This document shows, one piece after another, positions 1 through 11,318 of a DNA stretch of 34,466 nucleotides. A program made the position numbers and the translations under genes. The notes under the pieces were generated by a model, which saw nothing but the letters and a program-made list of their open reading frames with translations, was not told where the DNA came from and made no database searches. Origin of the DNA: Octopus sinensis (Eukaryota); NCBI RefSeq assembly GCF_006345805.1, contig NW_021831709.1:1-34466 (forward strand), written 5' to 3'. The number at the start of each line of letters is the position of its first letter. Positions within the stretch are counted from its first letter, which is position 1.

Positions 1-312
1 GTGTCCCTATCTTTTCTCGTATCTACCTAACTTATTTATCTCCTTATAATCTTCCTCTTATCTATGTCTGACACACACACACGCACGCATATATACAATC
101 ACTCATATATATACATAGCGACAGAATCGCGGTTGTTTAATCTATCTCAAATGAAAGAAATTATTCTCACTTTTTTCGTGTGTATTCATTAAACGTTTTA
201 CGCGCCTGTGTATGTATGTGTGGCGAGGTGTTTGTACCGTTAAGTACCTATATTAGCAACTGTGTGTGTACAATGGCAGTTGTGGGAGTGATGTAGTTAT
301 ACATACATATAT

Positions 313-490
313 GATAGATCGTTAGCCACTACACACATTTTTTTCTCTCCTTGTTTTTTTTCTGTGTCCCTTTCTGTAGAAGAGCGTAGGCTCGAAACAT
401 AAAAGACTTTTTCTATTCCTGCGCGTTATACTAATACATCTGTTTGTTTTGTACACCACCTGTCTTCGTCTTTTTTCGTGAATTCTCCCT
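313..490 (+). mobile_element. Penelope-like element (PLE) pseudo-LTR fragment with degenerate minimal hammerhead motif
   Basis: 370-405 reads CTTT-CTGTAGA-A-GAGC-gtag-GCTC-GAAAC-ATA-AAAG. Related fragments lie at 6876-7068 and 19490-19640. The fragment is flanked by (TA)n. PLE pLTRs are known to carry such minimal type I hammerheads. Confidence 0.6.
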
Positions 491-491
491 C

Positions 492-524
<33 letters not shown>

Positions 525-546
525 GTGTGTGTGTGCGTGCGTGTGT

Positions 547-858
547 GGAGACGCAATGGCCCAGTGGTTAGGGCAGCGGACTCGCGGTTGTAGGATCGCG
601 GTTTCGATTCCCAGACCGAGCGTTGTGAGTGTTTATTGAGCGAAAACACCTAAAACCTCCACGAGGCTCCGGCAGGAGCTAGTGGCGATCCCTGCTGTAC
701 TCTTTCGCCACAACTTCCACTCACTCTTTCTTCTGTTAGCTTGCTCGCTTAGCCAGCGGGGTAGCGTCATATGAAGGCTAAAAGAATGCGAAGCGCATTG
801 TGACCAGCGATGTGTAGCAACATCTGATAGCCTGGTCGGTCACGGTGATCACGGTGAT
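547..858 (+). mobile_element. tRNA-derived SINE, family C, tail type 1
   Basis: A-box TGGCCCAGTGG and B-box GTTTCGATTCC. The head and body match 2685-3054 and 33157-33458. The tail ends in a CACGGTGAT repeat and is shared with 19650-19888. Confidence 0.85.
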
Positions 859-916
859 ATAATATATATATATATGTGTTTATGTCTGTATCTGTGTATA
901 TCTATGCATGTATACT

Positions 917-1260
917 CTTACTCTCTTTTACTCCTTTACTTGTTTCAGTCATGTGACTGTGGCCATGCTGGAGCACAGCTTTTAGTCGAGCAAATCGACC
1001 CCCAGGACTTATTCTTTGTAAGCCTTAGTACTTATTCTTTCGGCCTTTTTTGTCGGAACGGTAAGTTACGGGGACGTAAACACAACAGCATCGGTTGTCA
1101 AGCGATGTTGTGGGGACAAGCACAGACACACAAACATATATATACAACGAGTTTCTTTCAGTTTCCGTCTACCAAATCCACTCACAAAGCTCTGGTCGGC
1201 CCGAGGCTATAGTAGAAGACACTTGCCCGAGGTGCCGCGCTGTGGGACTGAACCCGGAAC
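917..1260 (-). mobile_element. SINE family A (tRNA head, CORE-like segment, internal microsatellite), 5'-truncated
   Basis: Near-identical to the copies at 3645, 13718 and 26130. GGTTCAGTCCC B-box, (C/T)GGGCAAGTGTCTT core and (GAGTAAAA)n tail on the minus strand. Confidence 0.85.
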
Positions 1261-1285
1261 TCGGAAATTTGCGCCTCCAACTTGA

Positions 1286-1335
1286 GCTATTTGCGATACC
1301 CATAGAGCCAGGAACTTTTCAGCACTCCCTCGTTT
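1286..1335 (-). mobile_element. Isolated mariner-type TIR fragment
   Basis: Minus strand ACGAGGGAGTGCTGAAAAGTTCCTGGCT resembles mariner termini (TACGAGGG...AAAAGTT). Further copies lie at 2106-2155 and 6765-6817. Confidence 0.5.
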
Positions 1336-1351
1336 AGTAAATAAATAAATA

Positions 1352-2205
1352 AATCCATTTTCTGCGTCCATTGATCCTGAGAGGGTTGTGGGGGTAGAGT
1401 CCTCGGGCATCTCCTCTACATAGTCCTACCTGATGCGACCGTCAGTTCACTTTCTGATTGGATTCTTCCTATGCCCGACCAACTTAGACTACGGCTAATA
1501 TCCAACCATCTCGTTCTTGGTCCACTCCTGGCTTTCCTGCTAATTGGCTCGGTTTAAAGAAACCTATTTCTTTATTACCCACAAGGGGCTAAACACAGAG
1601 GACAGACATAGGTATTAAGGACAGACATAGGTATTAAGTCGATTACATCGACCCCCCAGTGCGTAACTGGTACTTAGTCTTATCGACCCCGTAAGGATGA
1701 AAGGCAAAGTCGACCTCGGCGGAATTTGAACTCACAACGTAACGGCAGACGAAATACCGCTAAGCATTTCGCCCGGCGTGCTAACGTTTCTGGCAGCTCG
1801 CTCGTCTTGCTAATTCTTTCCTGCATCATTCTAACATGTCCGTGGCCCCGGAACTTGTGATCTCTCGCTGCGGAAAAGAAGCGGCTTGACTTGGAGAGAC
1901 TCCCTTGATCTCCGAGCTATCCTCTCTCTCTCTCTGTCTGTCAAGATCCTTCGGAGGAACCCCATTCCGACCACTTACTGTATTTTCGCGATCGTATTAT
2001 TTCAGTCACCAAATTTTGTCTGCCGCTACGTTCTGAGTTCAAATTCCGCCGAGGTCGACCTTGCCTTTCATCCTTTCGGGGTCCATTAAATAAGTAAAGA
2101 AATAGGCTATTCGCGATATCCATAGAGCCAGGAACTTTTCAGCACTCCATCGTTTAGTAAATAAATAAATTCATGGCCATTGGTGAGGATAGGCACCAAA
2201 ACCCG
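1352..2205 (-). mobile_element. Decayed RTE/Expander-clade LINE 3' end, interrupted by SINE insertions
   Basis: Manual minus-strand translation across frameshifts gives, in order: LVPILTNGHE, LVTEIIRSR, MGFLRRI, RESLQVKPLLFRSERSQ, GHVRMMQERI, GPRTRWLDISRSLSW, LTVASGRTM*RRCPRTLPPQPSQ. This is the characteristic post-RT C-terminus of RTE LINEs, followed by an (ATTT)n tail. Confidence 0.8.
1562..1803 (-). mobile_element. SINE family B (tRNA head, Meta-like central domain) inserted in the RTE remnant
   Basis: Reverse complement of the family B consensus GAGCTGGCAGAAACGTTAGC...GAGTTCAAATTCC...GCCTTTCATCCTT..GGGGTCGAT..AAGTACCAG. Confidence 0.85.
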
Positions 2206-2684
2206 GAACCCGAACTGAAATAAATTTTTTGACAAGTCATGCAGTCCAGCTTCTCTCACTTGCCCTATTCAGATTCCAGAGGTTGAAAAAAGATATTTAT
2301 TTCACCAGCAGATAACGGAATTTCTTGATCTTATCTCGTTCTTCATTGAATTCTCTCTTATATGTAGTTTGTTTTAAATATTTTATTTCATCGTTTGTTT
2401 GTTTCGCTCAGTGGACTGCAGCCATGCTGGGAGGTACAGATTGCAGTTTTTGTTTGTTTGTTTTTTCTTCTTTTAAACTTGGTATTATTATAGGATTTAT
2501 TTTCGTTGCACCGCTTCGTCAGGCATCATAAATAAACGCTTGTTGTTTTTGAAACGGGTGTTAGCGCAGAGACAGAGACTGGCGCGCGCACACACACAGA
2601 CTTAGACGGAACAGAGATGCAACATCACCTCCAGGAATTTAACCTGATGTTTGCAAACTGTATAACTGTACAACGTACATACAT

Positions 2685-3054
2685 GGAAGCACTCCGTCGG
2701 TTACGACGACGAGGGTTCCGGTTGATCCGATCAACGGAACAGCCTGCTCGTGAAATTAACGTGTAAGTGGCTGAGCACTCCACAGACACGTGTACCCTTA
2801 ACGCAGTTCTCGGGGATATTCAGCGTGACACAGAGAGTGACAAGGCTGGCCCTTTGAAATACAGGTACAACAGAAACAGGAAGTAAGAGTGAGAGAAAGT
2901 TGTGGCGAAAGGGTACAGCAGGGGTCACCACCATCCCTGCCGGAGCCTCGTGGAGCTTTAGGTGTTTTCGCTCAATAAACACTCACAACGCCCAGTCTGA
3001 GAATCGAAACCGCGAGTCCGCTGCCCTAACCACTGGGCCATTACGCCTCCACTT
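2685..3054 (-). mobile_element. SINE family C, tail type 2, with 14-bp TSD
   Basis: Same head as 547-858. Direct repeat CAACGTACATACAT at 2671-2684 and 3055-3068. Confidence 0.9.
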
Positions 3055-3644
3055 CAACGTACATACATACCGGCTAATTCGTACAAGTGAGTGGCACAGT
3101 AAAAGTATGCGAGACTTTCCTTAAGTTCCAAATGGGATTTTATCTGTGTTAACTGCATCCCAAAGATGGTGCCTTGTATCTTTGTTGGAAACCGGTTCCC
3201 TTCTCAGTGGAAGATTTATAATACTTAAAAAACAGAAGAGATATACATAGTTTGTTTTTTATGTTAGACGATTAAAAAAAAACAACAATTTTTTACTCAA
3301 TACTTATAGTATTTTTTAACAAGAATGGAATTGACAGTAACTTCGAAGTACCGGCCATTTTGTGCGCGTGTGTGTGTGTATGATCTTAAGGATCAATCCC
3401 AAATTTATGAAAAGTTTCTAAAAGCATAAAAATTAAAAGTGGTCAAAAATGACCCCTTGATGCTTTCACTGATAAAAATCTCTGCATCTTGTATAACATG
3501 AAGGGCTTAGGGGATCTAATATATTTTACTCAGAAGTATCTGAATAAATACGTATTTTGTGACCGACCTTACACAAGAGGGCTTTTAATTATAAGTGGAA
3601 CGCGTTTATCTCTAGAGGGTCATTAACACAACTAAGTTGTGTGT

Positions 3645-3859
3645 TACTCTTTTACTTGTTACAGTCATTTGACTGCGGCCATACTGGAGCACCGCCTTTA
3701 ATCGAGCAACTCGACCCCGGGACTTATTCTTTTGTAAGCCCAGTACTTATTCTATCGGTCTCTTTTACCGAACCGCTAAGTAACGGGGACATAAACACAT
3801 CAGCATCGGTTGTCAAGCAATGCTAGGGGGACAAACAGAGACACACAAACACACACACG

Positions 3860-3894
<35 letters not shown>

Positions 3895-4065
3895 TATATA
3901 TATACGACGGTCTTCTTTCAGTTTCCGTCTACCAAATCCACTCACAAGGCTTTGGTCGGCCCGAGGCTATAGTAGAAGACACATGCCCAAGGTGTCACGC
4001 AGTGGGACTGAACCCGGAACCATGTGGCTGGTAAACAAGCTACTTACCACACAGCCACTCCTGCG
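3645..4065 (-). mobile_element. SINE family A, full length
   Basis: Head GCAGGAGTGGCTGTGTGGTAAG (A-box), B-box GGTTCAGTCCC, CORE-like CCTTGGGCA segment, internal (TA)n/(TG)n and tail. Confidence 0.9.
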
Positions 4066-4124
4066 TATTTATTATTTCTTTGCAATGTTTCACTTGAGTA
4101 AAGCAGGGCAAAAATAAATGCTTA

Positions 4125-4705
4125 GTCTGTCTTTTACGTTCTGAGTTCAAATTCTGCCTAGGTTAACTTTTCCTTTCATCGTTTCGTCGGTCGATAAAAT
4201 AAGAAAGAACTAGTTGCGCACTTGGGGTTTGAGGTAATCGACTTACCACCACCCGAGCCGAAATTGCTGGCCTCGTGCCAAAATTTGAAACTACTACTAC
4301 TACTATCATTATTAAATGGCGACCTGGCAGAATCGTTACCGCGCCGAACAAAAATACTTTGCAGCATTTCGTCCGTCTTTATGTTCTGAGTTCAAATTCC
4401 GCCGTTGGACGACTTTGCCTTTTATTCTTTCGAGGATCAATAAATTAAGTACCAGTTGCGTACTGGGGCCGGTCTAATCGACTGCCTACCCGCCCCCACT
4501 CCCCAAAATTTCGGGTCTTGTGCCTAGAGTAAAAAAGAAAATTAGAATTTTTTCTCCGCCGAGGTCGACTTTGCCTTTCATTTTTTCCGGATCGATAAAT
4601 TAAGTACCAGTTGCGTCTTGGGGGAGTCGTTCTAATCGAGTGGGCCCCCCTCCCCTAAAATTCCGGGTATTGTACCTAGAGTAGAAAAGATTATTATTAT
4701 TTATT
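4125..4705 (+). mobile_element. Cluster of three older family B SINE copies with the alternative tail (CCCCAAAATTTC..CTTGTGCCTAGAGTAGAAAAG-(ATT)n)
   Basis: Repeated GTTCTGAGTTCAAATT / CTTTGCCTTTCAT / TAAGTACCAGTTGCG blocks. Confidence 0.8.
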
Positions 4706-5492
4706 ACTTTTAACTCTCCAAATTGTAGTTCTTTTATGAGCAGCCTACTTGCAGCTGTTCCTAATCAATGGTTACCGAAAATTGGTGATGAACTGCTTAA
4801 TTAATAGATAATCTAATTAGATAATTAGATGCAAACTTTGATTACCTAACCAGATTGTTTTGAGTTTAGTTCTATTGAGGGTTCCTTAAAGAGTATCAGA
4901 AGCTCGAGAAAAACGCTGCTGTGGGACGTGGGACGTTACATAACTGAAAGGTCCTTTTGCTGGAGACTTGGCCGTGTAGTCAAATCCAGTTGGATTATCT
5001 TACAGATTATCTCTCACTCTTGCTTTCCCTTTTTGGAACTCATTAAAAGCCCCAAAACCACATCCTTTCTTCATTTCCCGTGTCTTAGTCGATGGCTAAA
5101 CCAGCATTTATGGTGACTCTTGAGTATTTATCGTTTGCATTTGGGTACGTTATTTTAAAACGTAATTAAAGCAGTCGCTACAACATATTGTGTAGGTTTT
5201 AATTAAATATTATTAGATTAATGTATAGTAAGTTAATGACGTGTAAGTTAATTAACTTGCAGGTGGGTGTCCTTACAAGTACCATGTGTTATGTTTATAT
5301 TATTTTGAGGACCACATCATTATCATCCTTTTTTTCCCCTTCTTTCATTTTATTGTTGTATGCTCTCTATATTTCCCTTCTATCTGTTATTGTATATGTC
5401 GTCTGTATTTTCTTTTTTCTTCTTCTTTACATTGTCCTCCTCATCCTTCACCCTGGTGCAAAAAAAAAAAGAAAAAAGAGAGAAATTTTAAA

Positions 5493-6085
5493 AGGCAGCG
5501 AGCTGGCAGAAACGTTAACACGCCGGGTAAAATGCATACCGGTATTTCGTCTGCCGTTACGCTCTGAGTTCAAATTCCGCTGAGGTCGAATTTGCCTTTC
5601 GTCCTTTCGGGGTCGATAAATTAAGTACCAGTTACGCACTGGGGTCGATGTAATCGACTTAATACCTATGTCTGTCCTTGTTTGTCCCCTTTGTGTTTAG
5701 CCCCTTGTGGGTAGTAAAGAAATAGGTATTTCGTCTGTCTTTACGTTCCGAGTTCAAATTCCGCTGAGGTCGACTTTGCCTTTCGTCCTTTCGGGGTCGA
5801 TTAAATAAGTACCAGTTACGCACTGGGGTCGATATAATCGACTTAATCCGTTTGTCTGCCCTTGTTTGTCCTCTCTGTGTTTAGCCCCTTGTGGGTAGTA
5901 AAGAAATGGGTATTTCTTCAGTCCTTTTACTTTTTGAGTTCAAATTCCGTCCAAGTCTACTTTGCCTTTCATCCTTTCGGGGTCGATAAATTAAGAACCA
6001 GTTGAACACTGTGATCGATATTATCGACTAGTCCTCCTTCACCATAAATTTCAGGCCTTGCGCCTTTAGTAGAAGAGATTATGAT
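5493..6085 (+). mobile_element. Family B SINE head-to-tail multimer (three units)
   Basis: Full head at 5493. AAAGAAATA/GGTATTTC junctions near 5720 and 5905. The last unit has the alternative tail. Confidence 0.85.
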
Positions 6086-6334
6086 TATTGAAGTGTTTTA
6101 AGGTTTCGTTTCGTATTTTGTAATCTATCAGCTAAAGTTTGTAGAAGTACACACGCACACACATACTCCCGCGTGTGTATATTTGATCCGATCTCACTGG
6201 AATGCTCGTGTATATCTGTATGTTCAGACACACATAGGTATCTTATTTATATGGTGTGAGGAGATGATATTGTTATCAATGAAATAAGTTATACGCTACG
6301 TCCAAAATACGCTGCGATACATGAGTATGTGTGT

Positions 6335-6494
6335 GTATCGCGGTTCACTTATCGCGGTTTATTACTTAAGCTTACGTCTATTCTTCCATGGTGTGGTTTT
6401 TGTATTTATAATAAAAATAAATATAAATTGTAAAAAATTTTTAAATCTGCAGTACATTACTGTTTCTACTTCACGGATTTTCACCTGTCGTGAG

Positions 6495-6497
<3 letters not shown>
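6335..6497. mobile_element. Possible pogo/Tigger-type MITE remnant
   Basis: TATCGCGGTTCACTTATCGCGG and CTACTTCACGGATTTTCACCTGTCG resemble subterminal motifs of Tigger-like MITEs. The termini are not intact. Confidence 0.4.
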
Positions 6498-6532
<35 letters not shown>

Positions 6533-6617
6533 CACACACACAAACAGAAAAAAAGGTTTATACATATATTTATACACATAGATACACACGTATATATGTG
6601 TTAACAGAAAAAAGATG

Positions 6618-6659
<42 letters not shown>

Positions 6660-6814
6660 TACACACACAAACACATACGGGTATATGTACAAACAGAGGA
6701 AAAGCTGTATATAGGTATGTATATGTATATATATATATATACACACACACACACGTCAGCATCATCCAGGCATTTCGCGATACCCTTGAAGCCAGGAACT
6801 CTTCAAAACCCCCC

Positions 6815-6875
<61 letters not shown>

Positions 6876-6877
<2 letters not shown>

Positions 6878-7068
6878 ACCTCGTCTGTATCACTAGCGAT
6901 TTTTTTCTCTGTCTTCCCTTCTCTGGATATTTCCTTCTCCTATGTTTCCGACGAAGAGCTCCACTCGAAACGTCAAACCCTCTTTCTTTCCTGAGCGTCC
7001 AATAATACTTTATTTGTTCCACGTCCTCGCGTTGTTTTTTTTTTGTTTTATTGTTTGGATTAACTTCA
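6876..7068 (+). mobile_element. PLE pseudo-LTR fragment
   Basis: Similar to 313-490 (shared TTCCTG(A/C)GCGT downstream). Contains the best hammerhead-like motif and sits between (TA)n tracts. Confidence 0.6.
6944..6978 (+). ncRNA. Minimal type I hammerhead ribozyme-like motif (core variant)
   Basis: GTTT-CCGACGA-A-GAG-ctcca-CTC-GAAAC-GTC-AAAC. Stem I GTTT/AAAC, core CUGANGA with U4C, stem II, GAAA, palindromic ACGU stem III and GUC cleavage triplet. Confidence 0.55.
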
Positions 7069-7253
7069 TATATATATAGAGAGAGAGAGAGGGAGAGAGA
7101 GAGGCAAACAAGGAGAAGAAAATGGATTTATTTACATAAACCTATATAAATGATTTTTACCATTTTATGATACACAGATTGGACCAGTGGAATACCTTGG
7201 ATTATATAATCCCTAATGAGGACTTCCTCGAATGAACTATATATATATTATAT

Positions 7254-7287
<34 letters not shown>

Positions 7288-7349
7288 GTGTATGTATGTA
7301 TGTATGTATGTATGTATCTATAATATTTGTTAACAAACCAGAATATATA

Positions 7350-7740
7350 TTATTGTCTTCGCCTTAGCGAAGGCGGAGGTATTGTTTTTAGTCGTGTTTG
7401 TTTGATAGTTCATCCGTGTACAAGATATCTCCAGAACCGCCGGATATATTCGGATGAAACTTTCAGGGATGTTTGGCCTCGTGATTGGCACGAACTGGTT
7501 AGATTTTGGTATCGATCCGGTACTGGACAAGGATTCTGGATTATTTTTCCTGTTTTTTTTTTTTGTGGGTTTTTTTTTTACTTAATTTTTGAGAGTGGTC
7601 GGGTTCATTTTTAGTATTCTCGTTTGTGAGAGCAGTCGAGGTTATTTCAGATATTCTCATTTTAAAAATCATCTCTGGCTAATCGTTGAGAGGTCGTTGG
7701 TGTTGCCTTGGCAGAGGTTTGCGCTATCTGAGTGCTTTTA
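7350..7740 (+). mobile_element. Non-autonomous Helentron (HINE/DINE-1-like)
   Basis: 5' CTTCGCCTTAGCGAAGGCGGAGG hairpin/subterminal IR, then a GTTT/TCCG microsatellite and GATGAAACTTT motif. The 3' end is CCTTGGCAGAGGTTTGCGCTATCTGAGTGCTTT (subTIR plus short hairpin). Confidence 0.75.
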
Positions 7741-7763
7741 TGATATATTATCCATTATTATAT

Positions 7764-7799
<36 letters not shown>

Positions 7800-7906
7800 T
7801 GATAAAACGGTAAGATAACAAAAGAAAGAAAGAGACCTCAATACTCTGAAACTCAGAGTTTTATCTTGACTACCGAGTAAGTAACATATATTGTATTAAT
7901 ATATAC

Positions 7907-7949
<43 letters not shown>

Positions 7950-7951
<2 letters not shown>

Positions 7952-8170
7952 TACTACAAGCGAACAGTGGTCCCGTTGCGCGCACTTGCGCGTCCTCGCT
8001 AGCTAGTTGTAGTAGTCGATCCTACAATTTTTTAAGTAAGTAAATAAATTATTTTTATAAACAAACTAGGGTTAGGTTCAGGGTTAAAAAGTTGTAGGAT
8101 CGACTACTTACGACTAGCTAGCGCAGATGCGCGAGTGCGCACACCGGGACCACTGGTCGCTAGTAGTACC
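7950..8170. mobile_element. Fold-back MITE with ~83-bp imperfect inverted arms, in (TA)n
   Basis: GGTACTAC...GTCGATCCTACAA (7950-8032) is complementary to TTGTAGGATCGAC...GTAGTACC (8086-8170). Central TAGGGTTAGGTTCAGGGTTA. Confidence 0.85.
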
Positions 8171-8295
8171 TATATAGGATCTTAACAAGTTGAAACTAGT
8201 GTTTTCTTTTGAGAGACACTCTACCAGTATACGAAGTTTCAAATTATTTAGTTAACTAGAAAAATCTGACAATCAGGCCTTGAAAATGAAAAATC

Positions 8296-8344
<49 letters not shown>

Positions 8345-8708
8345 CATACACGTACATGCATGCAATTTTGTTTAATGGCGTTTGCATACCTTTGAGACGA
8401 TACCGTTCAAATACATATGCGTATGTATGCGAGAGAAAGAAAGAAAAAAAGACAGAAAATGTGTGTAATAGCAAATATTAAAAACACAGTGAACACTAGT
8501 CTCAAATCAATGAAGAATAATGATGATAATAATCAAACAAACCATCTACGACTGGCTGTGTGGATATACCGATCATCTATATAGATACAATTTCACCTAC
8601 TTTGTCTTGTACGTAAGCGCCCATATGTGCAAAAATACAATATAATCTCCATGTTGATATTTGTGTGAATTAAATATTTATATTCGTATATATCAATGTG
8701 TGCGTGTG

Positions 8709-8761
<53 letters not shown>

Positions 8762-8830
8762 TAAATATATGTGTGTGTGTGTGTGTTGTGTATAATTAAT
8801 TATATTTTTGTATTTATAATTATGCATTTG

Positions 8831-9014
8831 GGATCTTTTCGGTTTGAACGGCAGTTTTTAGCATAATTTCTAGGTAACTAAAAAAATTTTAAACTTCGTA
8901 TACTGGTAGAATGTGTTTATAAAACATCTTTTTCTCTTGGCTTTATTGAGAAAATTCTATAGTTTGTAAGATATTTGTTGTTTTTTTTCTTCAATTTCTG
9001 CAATTTCAACCAAT
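8831..9014 (-). mobile_element. Right half of a Merlin-like MITE
   Basis: Reverse complement of about 13043-13225. TIR GGATCTTTTCGGTTTGAACGGCAGTTTTT. Confidence 0.85.
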
Positions 9015-9915
9015 ATATAAGGAAATAATTTTATTCTCAAACTCAGGATAATGCTACTAATATAGCATGAACAAGATAAGCTACCCATATTTTGCAAAAA
9101 TTTATCAAAAACACAACCAGAAATATTACACAATCATAACAGAAAATTCATAACTAATTCTTCATCGGTCAACGTCCAAAAGCTCATTAGAATTTCGCGC
9201 CTTTAACGTTGATGTTGTTCACTTCTCATGGCGCCAGTGTTGACATATCAGTATATTAAAAATTTTTATCATCGCGATAAACATACTCAACATATCGTTA
9301 AAAAGTCAGAAACTGCGGCTTTCCGTCTGGGGGAAAATGTCCTTTTACAGACGTGTTTTATTAATAGAAGAATAAAAAAAAAACACAAAGTACTTAAGAG
9401 CTAGGCGGAAGGAAATCGCCCCATAACACAATACGCCTATAAAGGGATTTTCCACGGCAACAAAAAAAAAACGAAAAGAAAATCTGTAGCTTCTGTCTTT
9501 TTAACGACACCCACACGTTATATTGATTATAGATCGTACATAATACCGATATCGACTTAGTTTTTCATTCTTTACGGGGTTGATAAAGAAAGGGACCAGT
9601 TCAGCGCTGGTAGCCACCGTTTCTTTCGTTGTTTCTCAAGAAATCAGCTGGTACAGAACTAGAGAGGAAAGACTGGGGCCCGTCAAATCTAAAGCGTATC
9701 CAAGACACGTTGTATGTTACGATGGGTCCCCACACACTGTCACAGGAGCTGAGGGCCCAAAGATATATATATATATTTGTCGATGCCATGAGAATTAGTA
9801 ATTTTGAGGCATTCTTTACAAACTTCGACTTCCGGAGAATGATTATACACAATATAATCAAGTATATGTAAATATATATAAACCATGGGTATAATAATTA
9901 TAAATTACAAATGCA

Positions 9916-10068
9916 GGATCTTTTCGGTTTGAACGGCAGTTTTTTCTAGTGGTGTCATATGAAATTGTCACCCATAATTATGACGCTAATATCGATCTAT
10001 TGCATTTCAATCTGTTTTAGGGTTAAGGTCATGGTTAGGGGTGGGGGAAGGGTATCTTTTTTTTTCTT
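9916..10068 (+). mobile_element. Left half of a Merlin-like MITE
   Basis: Matches about 12798-12948 and has the same TIR. Confidence 0.85.
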
Positions 10069-10273
10069 TGTGATTCTTTTAGATTTGCACTCCCGAACTC
10101 ATAATACAGCGAACGAACCCGGATTCCCCCATCAGAAGTATTACAGTACGGTTCCTCACCCTAAACGATCCTTGATGTGCTTAGCCGGAACTTGAATATA
10201 CCTGAGAGCTATTACGATGCCCAGGTAGATAATTAGATAATTTGTCTTTATATTATATTTATCCCTATATATT

Positions 10274-10317
<44 letters not shown>

Positions 10318-10330
10318 TATATATATATAC

Positions 10331-10487
10331 ATGGCTATGTGGTGAGTAGCTTGCTTACAAACCGCATGGTTCCGAGTTCAGTCCCACTGCGTGGCACCTT
10401 GGGCAAGTGTCTTCTGCTATAGCCTCGGACCGACCAAAGCCTTGTGAGTGGATTTGGTAGACGGAAACTGAAGAAGACCGTCATATA

Positions 10488-10555
<68 letters not shown>

Positions 10556-10710
10556 ATATATTTGCCCTCCCCCCCTTTCCAACATCACTTGACAACCGAT
10601 GCTGGTATGTTTACGTCTCCGTAGCTTAGCGGTTCGGCAAAAGAGACCGATAGAATAAGTACTAGGCTCGACAAAAGGCCACAGTCAAATGACTGAAGCG
10701 AGTAAAAGAG
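10331..10710 (+). mobile_element. SINE family A with internal deletion
   Basis: TGGCTATGTGG A-box, GAGTTCAGTCCC B-box, CCTTGGGCAAGTGTCTT, and tail GAGTAAAAGAGT. Confidence 0.85.
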
Positions 10711-11062
10711 TATATATATATATATTTATATACACACACATACACAGAGAGAGAGGTGGGGGGGGCAAACCAAATAATGATATTTCAAATTCATTTCAAG
10801 TCTGGGTAATATATAATAGGAAATATATTCATTACGTAAGGACTTTCTTCGGTCGAAGCATTTCAAAATATGTATTAATTGATGGAAATATTTCAACATC
10901 AATTGGTTCATACTTTGAAGGTCTCTTAAAGATTATAGATTAAACATAGTGACCTTGTCTTTCAATAAATTATATTTAATATTATACACTTTTCCGCTTG
11001 TCTTCCTGCTGCTATAAATACGCTCCTCTTCCCTTTCTGTTACCGTATTGTTTTGTTGTTTG

Positions 11063-11093
<31 letters not shown>

Positions 11094-11117
11094 ATTATTA
11101 TTATTATTATTATTATT

Positions 11118-11298
11118 CAGTAGTTTTATTTTTTATAGCGTGCTTTCATTCACTACCGAGCGCAGCTCTGTGTGCCTTGGGTATGTGCTGTGATTTGTTG
11201 TGATGCTCTGATGGTTATTGAATGGAAAATGTTCTACGTAGGATGTGTGCAGTGCCTAGTAGTGCAATTTTCTGTATGTTATATGTGTTTGTAAGTCC
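11118..11298 (-). mobile_element. R4/Dong-clade non-LTR retrotransposon 3' fragment in a (TAA)n tract
   Basis: 11298-11215 translates GLTNTYNIQKIALLGTAHILRRTFSIQ*, the typical QKxxLLGTAxILRR C-terminus of R4/Dong elements. It has a short 3' UTR and is flanked on both sides by (TAA)n, the known Dong target. Confidence 0.8.
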
Positions 11299-11318
11299 TT
11301 ATTATTATTATTATTAAA

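Noticed and set aside
547-620. tRNA gene-like A/B boxes here and at other SINE heads
   Set aside because: There is no complete cloverleaf, and the sequence runs on into SINE bodies with tails and TSDs.
3386-3626. Possible piggyBac-type MITE remnant (GGTCAAAAATGACCCC, TTAA sites)
   Set aside because: No pair of matching TIRs could be identified.
7210-7235. CTAATGAGGACTTCCTCGAAT hammerhead-like string
   Set aside because: Both core halves are mutated and no stem I or III can be formed convincingly.
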